A stretch of 64,000 nt of DNA from contig JAQGDQ010000198.1 of the NCBI GenBank assembly GCA_030141605.1, positions 341,938 through 405,937 of the forward strand, read 5' to 3'. Origin of the DNA: Tubiluchus corallicola. Lineage: Eukaryota > Animalia > Priapulida. The notes beneath the pieces were generated by a model, which saw only the letters and a program-made list of their open reading frames with translations, had not been told where the DNA came from and did no database searches. Positions 25,601 to 36,000 of this stretch are shown one piece after another; the stretch's first letter is position 1; each line of letters begins with the position of its first letter. Both the position numbers and the translations under genes were made by a program.

Positions 25601-27160
25601 CCTACAGGTTGTTGTTTCATATGTTTATAGATTGTATATTTTAATGTTGAGCGAAATAAAATTGTGATGAAAAAACTACCATAAGGCAGAATAATTTTAT
25701 TTATCTTTTATCTATGTTTAAACCACAGTAACACTGAATGAAATAGTTAAGATCAGAGCACAACCAATTCAAAATCAGAAACTATAAAATTATCAAGTTA
25801 TTTCATTTTACTTTCGAAGACAATTACTGCTTCAATCACATGTGTAAAAAAACACAAAATAGCATCAGACAGATTCAATGGATGACGCTAGCAGAAGAAC
25901 TACTGAAGCAGAAACAATTACAGAACTACCCGCATTCATTGAAAAAGCAGTGCAAACCTTTAGTTGGTTGAACATCCTCTGTGGACTCATCATTTACCAC
26001 ACCTAGTAGAGTCGACTTTCCCGCTCCGTCCAACCCGACACAAATAATGTGAAGTTCGTGTTTCCTTGTTTGAGGAGATCGACACAGCAGCCACTGCCAA
26101 CACTGCAAATTAAATTAGTTTTGCAATTTTAGGTAGAAATAAAATTGCTTAGAGTCCATCAAAGCATCCGACAGTCAGTTTCAGGACCGGCACCATATAA
26201 TCATACTTAAAGTAGAATTAACGAAAATTTGTTAAAAGGAAAAAGGGAATTTAAAGTATACCTCAAAAAATACTACTATATATTATATAATATATTAATT
26301 ATATTACTTGGCATTACATCTACTCATTTAAAACATTTACATAAACGTAACTGGAAAAGAAAATGTCCACGCCAACTGGTAAGACAGTACTGTATAGCCA
26401 TCCCAGTGTGCACCAGTGACTCACCAAAAAACACATTCACCAAAACACACTGTCTTACTGACAATGCAAAGTAATTAAAACTTTTGCTTACTTAGCAAAG
26501 ATGTATTAGGAATGCCCTGATGATTCTTTTCAAACATTACACACTGTTACTTAAACTTGTTTTAAATAACTGATCATTGATATGGCTGCGCCTAACGGTC
26601 ATCGCATGAGTGTAATAGTTTTACACAGTGTTACTGCTAACGCAAGCCCTATATTCAATAAGACAACATGTAAGTGATATAAAATCTCAAGACGATTTTT
26701 TTAAACTTTATTATGAAGAGCGACATCAATTTTAATAACATGCACTAGTTTTTAAAAACTGTTTGCTTTTAAATAGTCTCCTGACTAATGATACACAAAA
26801 TATCAAAACAAAACAAATAAAAATACAGAAATATCACAGTGTCACACAATACCGGATTCACTTTTTGAGATTGTCACTTTGCGTTAAAGCAGCAAGCCGG
26901 ATTTTGCCACACAAAAGTACTACCATCTACAAACGTTGACTGACTGTGGTAACACCAATTAAGACTATGACTCAGGTTTCACTATTATAGTTAATTAAAA
27001 AAAGATGCGCAATTTAAATATAATATTGATTAAAAACATTCAAATCATCTCTCAAATTATAAAGTTTCTAAAACCAACACTAGTCTGCATTACTTACTGA
27101 GTAAACCTGTATTCGACATACTGCAACTGCTATTTGAAACATCTGCAAAACATTTCCCAT
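22601..27160 (-). CDS. ARL15: ADP-ribosylation factor-like GTPase 15 (212 aa)
   Basis: Exons 27160-27098 (ATG, MGNVLQMF..), 26102-25958 (CVGLDGAGKST P-loop), 24364-24305 (GFNIKAV..VKELGG), 23742-23534 (IRQYWSRYY..LILASHQDK..ARS) and 22762-22601 (..RLWIFRTCS..TGA); 639 nt, all phases consistent. KELGG, YWSRYY and HQDK are ARL15 signatures. Confidence 0.93.
22843..23400. mobile_element. Possible mariner-like MITE in the last ARL15 intron
   Basis: Left TACCGAGTTGTCC and right GGACTACCCTTG are weakly inverted ends. Confidence 0.35.
24635..25310 (-). mobile_element. hAT MITE, family shared with 59154-59605
   Basis: CAGTGG...CCACTG ends with a perfect 8-bp TSD TGTAAAAC (24627-24634, 25311-25318). 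The ends align with the 59154 copy in reverse orientation. Confidence 0.88.
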
Positions 27161-29049
27161 AACTGTTACTACAGCTATGCCATCTGTGTTGCCTAGATTC
27201 GTACAGCAACCTATAAAATTAAAAATGCAATAATGACAATAGAAATTAATTTTAAATATAAAAAAGTCCACATTTTAACAAATCGAAATGAAACAGAATT
27301 TATTTTCTCCAATCATTTCTAAAAAAATACAATGTACAAAAAACATGAGAACATAAAGAGAATAGTTAACAGTTAATTAATGTAGTAATTAACTCAATGA
27401 GATAAGGTAGCAAATTGGCTATATATATATTACAATCGTATTTTGCTAAGTAAATATTTTATTAATATTATGTAATTATATATATATATATTTTATATTT
27501 GAGCACAAGATCAGAAGAACAAGCAAGAACACATGAATAAATATGTATAAATATATTTAACCAACGACAACAAGGAACAAAAAATGTGCAACAAAAAACG
27601 TTGCAACTAAACCAGCTGGCAACAGTGCAACTACTAAGTACTATATATAGTACAAAACTCCAGGTAGAAAACACTTCAAATGCGCATCCTGAATATATGT
27701 ATTTAATATACTATATATGTCATTTGTCGTTACTATAATTTCAATGCTATGTTATATAAATTACCTGCTAAAGAAGCTAGTACAAATACAGAAATCTCAC
27801 AAAACAAAGAAGTAACTAAGCAACCTGTTTACATGAAACCGACATTTTGCTGGACAAACTAAAGAAATCTCACAAATTAATGCACCGTCAATAATTTGAT
27901 TTTGTTCATTTTATTTACTATAATACTGATGTATTACTTTCTAGTTTGTAAATCTAATATCTATCTATTTTTATATAAATAAAATTTGACAATGCACGAC
28001 AAAATCTGCTGACCTGTAGCAAAGCTTCAATCTCATTAATGAAATGAAATGGAAAAATGTGGATCACCTTTTTGCCATGATTAAAGAATTCAACAATGAT
28101 TATTGTTTATAAACTCACATTATATTTTGAATGTTGATACTAAACTTGAAAAACAGAAAATGTATGAAAAAGTTTGAGACAGCCTGGATTCGAAACAGAA
28201 ACTTTCTGCATACAATTCAAACAGATGTGATTGACCACTATAGGCCACCCTGCATTGCCATTTATAAAGTGATCAAGGCAATCAGAAGTTCATCCCATAT
28301 AGCTGCCCAACCAAATTTAGCATTTTCAATGTTATACAACTCACAGTTGACAAATCATAACTACTGGCTTAATTTTTTAAGTTATTTTTATTAGTTTTGA
28401 GTTTGCATTTTCCGTGTATTACTATGCTCTAATACTGGCACATCCTGTTATTCACTGTATGTATATTCATATATAAATCTTTATTTGCCATAAAATAGAT
28501 GTCGTAACACTTGATAGGGTCATTGCAAAAGACATCCATCAGTGTTAATAGATAAACATTTACTACCGAAGGCAAATGCGTCAGGTCAGTAATCTATATA
28601 ATAAAAAAATACATGTTTATTTATTGAACCACAATTACATTACAAAAACAAATAAACAAGACAGATTCAATCAACAGTGAAAGAAACGTTTGCTAGAGAC
28701 AAAATCCCCAAACAGAAGAATATTGTGGCTCGAGCGTACAGAAGAAATCACAATTAATTTATGCAAGTATTGAAAATAATAATTATCACAACAATGTTAC
28801 ATCATGTTAATAACTCTTTACGCAATTGTATCTAGCTTTTATATAGACAATAAATGGTTCCTAATTTGAAAAGGTTCTGATTCTGGAAAAGGTACAATAA
28901 TCTTGCATAATTCGATATCTTAGCTACTCATTATAAAAGCAAATTTATCATTGTCATTTGGTACGGCAGAAAACTCCGCATCGAGTTACATCAAAACTTA
29001 AAAAGTTGTACCACGGGTCCTTCGACCAAGCACGCAGGTTTATCGAAAT

Positions 29050-29669
29050 GTTGGTTGGTTGGCATCCTTCTTTCTCGAAAGACAATGGAGTGTGCACCAA
29101 GAGAGTCAGTTAATGATCACATTGATGGAGCTGCAGCGTCGACTGTGGCTGAGCAGTGTGATCCTTGAGCGTCTTCAGGGTGCACACCTGGGCAAGGTAT
29201 ATGGAGATTCTGAGTTGCCCAGACAACAGGAATCCCCTCTCTTCCTGCCTGCTGTAGTCTGAAGGAAAGCGGAGCGATACGTTTGGCACCTGGTTGGCTG
29301 CAGGAGCTGCCAGAGTCAGTGAGCATGCTGCACAGGTCCGCCTTCGGGGCTCCACTCCTGATTTGGAAGGTTTACACAAGGCCGTTGGGTCACTTGACCT
29401 CCTCCGCCCTCTAGCCGTTGGCTGTTTGTGCAGCTCCTCTGCCTAGTGTCGAGATACTAGTGTGGGCATCCCGCAAGCCTACAGCACCTGGTATTTGTAG
29501 ACGGTCACCCATCCAAGTACTAACCAGGCTCTACGTTGCTTAACTTTGGTGATCAGACGAGAAGTTAATTCCTTTTCAAATTAGGAACCATTTATTGTCT
29601 ATATAAAAGCTAGATACAATTGCATAAAGAGTTATTAACATGATGTAACACGTGATTTGGCCGTAATTC
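29050..29669 (-). mobile_element. 5S rRNA-headed, bipartite RTE-derived SINE (SINE3-type) insertion with templated 5'-junction DNA
   Basis: Minus strand order: 5S-derived head (29563-29475), GC-rich body, an RTE-like ORF end (SHSRRC..stop), TTGTCTTTCGAGAAAGAAGGATG, then a (CCAA)3 tail ending at 29050. 11-bp TSD TTTATCGAAAT at 29039-29049 and 29670-29680. Confidence 0.75.
29475..29563 (-). pseudogene. 5'-truncated 5S rRNA-derived sequence (SINE head, not a functional 5S gene)
   Basis: Reverse complement TTCTCGTCTGATCACCAAAGTTAAGCAACGTAGAGCCTGGTTAGTACTTGGATGGGTGACCGTCTACAAATACCAGGTGCTGTAGGCTT is about the last 89 nt of a metazoan 5S. Box A and box C are intact. The first ~30 nt and the oligo-T terminator are missing. 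Confidence 0.9.
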
Positions 29670-31599
29670 TTTATCGAAATAATATGCGAGTAATAATAAT
29701 CAGGTCCACCTTGGAAATGAGCCAGTATTGACTTACTCATTGTAATTTTAAGGTGTTATCCCCGGAATATACTCCTAAAGGAAATTTTGTTGTGGCGTCG
29801 ACGTCGTCATAGACTTTTCTTGTGTCCAAGAATGACAGTTCTTCTCACTTTCGCCCTCGGATCCTCTGTGATGATGGTGCTGATGGCTCTGAAGAACAAT
29901 TGTTGCACTGTGTACAGCACATACATAAATAATAATAATTATTCTCAAGTTACTCAATCTTGTTTCCTAAACTAACATCTTTCATTAAGGATGTGGACGA
30001 TTCTACCTCAGCACGATCACCGTAATTGCTCAATCTATTACTCTGATGAAGGAGGACATTAACACGCTAGACAGTATAAAGCTTATTATGCCATCATGAA
30101 GTTTAGTTTCCAGGCTCATTCTATTACATGGCGTATCCACTTTTGGACTCGAGGTCACGCTTTCTCCAAACTTGCTAATACATTCAACTGATGGTCTGGA
30201 TCACGAGTTGTGCTGTTGAACATTTCAGTGTTTTCTTGCCTATTCTCCCCCCCCCATCATTTGCAATAAATTAACGTGCTAACTCTTGCATGCTAAATCC
30301 TAATAATTTAAATTGTGCTCGTTTGCTCGAACGACTGTGATAATTGCATTTTCTACGTGCACAGTTTTGCCAAGTCAGCCTTCTTTTATCATTTTTTTTG
30401 TTTTGCATATCACAATTGCTTTCATATTAAAATACTTACATAAAAAGGTGGTTCATTTATCGTGTCTTCTCTCCATCCGTTTTTCTACTGTTCTTTCAGA
30501 TTTTTTGCTTGTGCCATCGCTTACATACAAATTCAAAGAGATAAAAGTATCCATTTCCTTCTATCTATTCACTCATTCACATGATCATACTATGTACATT
30601 ATAGTACATATTAAAAGGCACCATACTTACAAAATTAGCCTAATGGTTAATTAATTCAAGGAGTCACTGAAAAATTGTTTTCTAACACGGGACTTGAACT
30701 CAGAACCTTGTGCTTTCAGAAGGCACACTCTGTCCGTTGGACTACTAGGCTAACTTAGCATAATAAGCCTTTTTTACAGTTCAAAGGTCAAAGGGCAACG
30801 CTTAAGTATACCAGACAACGCATTTGTGTACAGTTGACAGTGCCTCGCAGCCCATGCTGTTACAATAGTAACAGTTTTGACAGCTAGCTAGAACCTTGCC
30901 AAGTTCATTTTTTCTTGTTCCCAAGCAAGATTCCTGCTAATAAATCACTCTACACACAGACTAATGCATAATTGAAGGCAGACTACTTTACTTTCTCACA
31001 TGTGACGTGACGCTTTCAGCTAAGACGTGTTGCTGTGGTACAGCTAACTTTTGACCTACAGCAACTTGGCACAACAAAACCGTGAAAAGGCATACTGGTC
31101 TGAATTTTCATTCCAGTAGCACGTAATCAGTCAGAACCGTAATCAGCCATTGCATCTATTTGGTATAGTATGTCAGTGATATATCTCATGTATTTTGAAT
31201 ACAGACATATAAGTAAACAGGAAAATATTAATGGAAAAAGAAGCGCGAGTCACCCAGGACTTAAAGCTACAACCTTGTGCTTTCAGGGCATACGTTCTAC
31301 CATTTGAGCAACGGACTCAGCATAGCAAAGCTAGTCTGAAATCTCATCTTATTATTGCGTAGTGAATTTGGCAATTAATTTCATTTGCCATAAGGTGTTT
31401 TGAGGTCATCGCTAACACGACAATTAGCATGTCTGTGGTTTTTACAGTGCACGTTTATGTGATAAGAATACATAACAGAGTGGTCTCACAAACATTAAAA
31501 AGCAATTTTTAATCACGACATTTCATACTGCAATTGGGTACATGCATTGCAGATACGGATAATGGCAAAACGTCTTACTATTTACACGCAGTAAGGAGC

Positions 31600-32699
31600 G
31601 GAGTAGACTCGTTTCCTAGAAACGTATATGGCCAGAAAAAAAATTTTCCCGAAAAAAACTCCACAGAAAATTTTTTTGCCAGAAAAATTTACTTTCCAGA
31701 AAAAAGTTTCTCAGAATCGTCGTTTTTCAGAAAATAAAATTCACAAAAAATGTAATAAATCCTTTTTAAAGCGCAGTTAGATGATGTGAAATAAAAAGTA
31801 GTTTATTTTAACTACGTGTAGTGATTAATACCGATTATATGATAAAAAAAATTTGGTCAACTCGTTGGTGCAAGAAAATAAGTTTGTAACATCAGCGAAT
31901 GGTGTTGATCTTTGCATATACGCAATAGTAAGTAATACCGGCGTGTGAATGGCTACCGAAGTGAGGCAATGTCGAGACTGGCAACTGATTAGTTAGGTGA
32001 CTGCTTATGGAATCTCACTTTGGGTAGTTCCTTTCACTGCTATGTCGAATTATTTTGTTGATTTAGGGAGGATGTACATGCATCCGACTGTGACTGTGAC
32101 ACCTCTGCCTGTTCGATATTTTATCTCAGTGGATTATTTTGAAAATGAAATAGGATCCGGTCCTGCCATAAAAGAACCTGTAAAAAATCTTGTGAAGAAG
32201 CATAATTTATTGGACAAATATAGATGGAACATAAGGCTCGGTGTTTTCATTTTCTAGATTGCTTGTTAAATTTTATTTCAAATCCTTTGAAAATCAGTTA
32301 AATTTGAAGTGATTATAATATGGCAAATGATACAATGCAAACTGATTCTAATTTAACTCATTTTAATTTAAAAAATTTTATAAAGCAAAACATTTTCCCA
32401 AAAATTCAAGACAAGACTGACCTCTAAAACAGAATTAGGTTTAAAACTTATTCATCAACATTGTGCTTTGAAAAAAATCCGATGTTTTATCCTACTAAAC
32501 TAGCAGATCTTTTAACTAAAAACGTAACCACGATTTTTCTGTTAAAAATATTTCTGGGATATACTTTTTCTCTGAAAGGAGTTTGCTAGGAAAAATATTT
32601 TCTGCAAAAAAATTTGCTGGCATATTTTATTCTGTCAAGTTGTTTTTTTTGGAAAATGTTTTTTTTCTGTGAAAAAAGTTTTCTGGGAAACGGCATACC
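31600..32699. mobile_element. Non-autonomous Mutator-like (MULE) element with long degenerate inverted ends
   Basis: The left end has repeated CCAGAAAA motifs after CGTTTCCTAGAAA; the right end has inverted TTTTCTGG motifs ending TTCTGGGAAACGG. The internal frame ..VDYFENEIG..YRWNI resembles the MULE transposase C-terminal DYFE..IG..WN motif. Confidence 0.55.
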
Positions 32700-33019
32700 G
32701 CCGGATTATGATATTATGCGCCGTATGAAAGATGGACGACACCTTATGGCTTGCTCCTTGTGCCGTTCTCTGTATGGCAAAGACCTTATGCAGCACCTAC
32801 ACATTTTGCATCTGTACCACTGATTTATATAGCTGAGCACCTGCCAGTTCGCTTAGGCATCTCAGCTTCGGCTTCACGACACGCATGGGCAATGTTGCGA
32901 AACCACAACTGACCGCCTGGCTTCATGCACTACCTGTCATTGCAAACACGCTTGAAACTAACTGAGAGTGAAATAATAATGACACATTGTCAAGTTGACA
33001 GAAACGGATACAGCCAGCG

Positions 33020-36000
33020 ATGATGTCAGTGTCAAATTCACGGCAAGATGCTAACACGTCGCAATGGAACTTCGTCCTGGAAGAATTCGAAGATAGTTTG
33101 TTGAAAATAGACGAACCAGCGACAATAACTTTAACTGTGGTCTACGCACCGCTATTTCTGTTATCATTAGTAGGGAACGTTTCTGTGTGTGTAGTAGTAT
33201 GTCGACATCATTATATGAGAAAGAACAAGAATTATTTTCTTGTCAATTTGAGCCTGGCTGATCTGTTGGTTACTGTTATCTGCGTTCCAGTAACTTTGGC
33301 GAGCGTCATATACCAAAGATGGGTCTACGGTACAGCCATATGTAAGCTTTCTGCATTCTTTCAAGGTGAGAAAAGTGAACTCATAAATTTTATCTTCTCG
33401 TCAATGTTATTTTGTTTTTATAGGGATAATATTATAAAAGTCATTTAGATGGAATTGACAAAGATTTTGCATGTGTACGATTATATATATATATATATAA
33501 TCTTTATTTACCATAACTATAAAAGCATAAAAGAACATCGTAGCATGAGAATAAAATTCACACAACTGTTAAAGGCAAATGCGTCCAGTGCAAACTAAAA
33601 ACTACTGTGCCAAAAATTTAAAACAAAATATACATTATAATGTTACACGCAAATTATAATAGACTATATACAATATATACATACAAATTAAAATTGACGT
33701 GGGTAAATAAAATTTGCGGATGAATGTATATTATCGTTTACGTGTGTAGGGTTTTCAAAACGATTTAATGTATGTATTTTAATTTTGATTTCAATTCGTC
33801 GAAAGACTTGATTTGTTTTAAATTTGATGGCAGGGTATTCCAAAGTTGAACTCCTTGTTTAGTGATAGAATTGTTGCCGTATTTGTTATTAGTGCGTATT
33901 TGTTTAATATTGTGTGTTTTTGGATTTAATGTTGGCTCCAAGAGGAGTGGAAGCTTATTTTTGACGAAGGGTGTGTTAATATTGTTGATGTATTTATATA
34001 AAAAGAGGATTGTGTAGAAGTCTTTATGTGCTTGTAAAATTGGGATTTTAAACATTGTTCTTAATTCTGTTGCAGAGGTTTGATTTGTTATGAGAGACGT
34101 TTTATTTGAATAGCTAGCAACTAATCTTAATGCATAATTTTGAAGACTATTTAGTTTGTTATAGCTGTCTCTTGAAACTTCATGAAAAAGTGTGCATCCG
34201 TAAAAAAAATGCGGTAGGGATTATGTCGATTAATCTGGCAGCGGTATAGGTCTGGACACTGGAATTAGTGAAACTAACAAAAACGCTACCGAATAGATTG
34301 TACATTCTGCTCTTAAAATTAAACTGTCGAATATACCGTACTCTCCGACGTGACGGTACCTGACTGCCACACCATTTACTTGTTCCCGTCGCCGATGTCT
34401 GTCCCGAGTGCCTCCCAGTTCATTACTGATTGTAATGAAATTTACAGGACGATACGAGCATATTGACCAAAGTAGTCACGTGACGTAACCAAATTTTGAT
34501 ACTCTACCACTCAATTCTATAATTGAAGGCCTTTCACAATAGGTTACTGCGTCACATGTTGGATTATTTTAGCCCTTTCATAATAGGTTACTGCGTCACA
34601 TGTTGGATTATTTTGAGATTTCGAAGTATGTATTATATACTGCTTGTCTAGAATATAACTTCCGTACAAATAAACGAGGTCGATTTTGGTCACAAACTGC
34701 AATATCAAAATAGCGTTGATAACTTAAATTACATTTCAGTACTAAACGTTCTGATTTCATAAGACGCATACATTGGTTGCTTAGCAATGCTTTACTAGCA
34801 CATTAAACATGCTTTTACATTAAACCGCAAGCGTGATAGGCCTATTTATCAAATTTGATGCAATAGCCTATAAATACTGCGTAAGCCTATTACACGAATT
34901 TCCTGCAAGTTGACGTTAAATGCTATGCATTTTATCCGTTCCCGGTGAACAAGTTATTAATCAAATAGCTAATATTTTCGAAAACAAACATGATATTTTA
35001 ATTAAGTTTCATACTTCCTATTCTTTAATCAATTACGACTTCGGATTGAGGAAGTTGTTCAAGTCAAAGACCAAATAAATGTCACATATCAAACAACGTT
35101 ATTATGTACACTTGCACAAGGGACTTTGCATTAACAAAAATAATAATCAAAATTGCATGTCACTTTGGGCCAGTGGCTTTCATTTAGTTGTTATAGTTTA
35201 TCATTTCTCTGTTAGCACGACGTTGTAAAGTCAGTAAACTAGTTAAATTAGTTGGACGTAAAGAAATGGTTTGTGCGCCAAAAAACGTACATTGAAATCC
35301 GTAATGAGTAGTGATTAACGTAGAAAAGAAAAAGCAGTGGAGCCAAGGTGGATCCTTGTGGTACACCGCAGGCAATTTTTATCCTTTATATAATGTACAT
35401 ACAGAAAATGCGGAAATGTCGTTATTTTTTTCTACTTTTCAAGTTCACGGTGGAAAATTCAAATGTCACAAAAGATAAAACCTACGACAAAAACTTCGTA
35501 ACCGTGTTTTATTCGAGTCGATTTATCCACTGTGAACACATTGGTTCTACATTTACGTCAAGCTCAGCTTAATTGCTTAAGAGCAATCGGTGTTATAATC
35601 GAGTTCTTCCTGCTCTGGGCGATTTAATGGCTTCACCTGTCGACCTATATCAGCATTAGAGGCTTCAGGAAGAGCTATTGCGCTCTCTATTCGTACTCCT
35701 GCCAGCGCTCTGGCAACGATGCATAATGACGTGAAGTTGAAATGTTTTTTTCAAACAGCACGACTTAGTTATCCACATTAGTATCCTAGATACTGGCTTT
35801 CAGCGCTTTTGAACGCTGCAAAAAGAGCGCGTGTTCATTGGTTAAAGAAATGAGGTGGATTTGCACTTTGACGTTACAGGTTTCAGACAGACAATTAGTC
35901 GCAATAACGTAGCTAGTATGATGACGTAGGTGTGTGATTGTACCCCGTGGGATTGGTTCTGGATTTTGCCACTTAGCGGTCGTAATTTTGTCTTCCCTGA

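Noticed and set aside
29059-29379. Three overlapping short ORFs in the GC-rich segment
   Set aside because: They are a by-product of high GC in the SINE body. Only the last few codons resemble an RTE ORF end.
29475-29563. Functional 5S rRNA gene
   Set aside because: It lacks the 5' ~30 nt and the oligo-T terminator, and it is embedded in a TSD-bounded retroelement.
28795-29650. DNA transposon with 80-bp TIRs, or an L1-style twin-priming inversion
   Set aside because: The TSD (29039-29049 / 29670-29680) places one arm outside and one arm inside the insertion. That fits a flank-templated junction insert better than either model.
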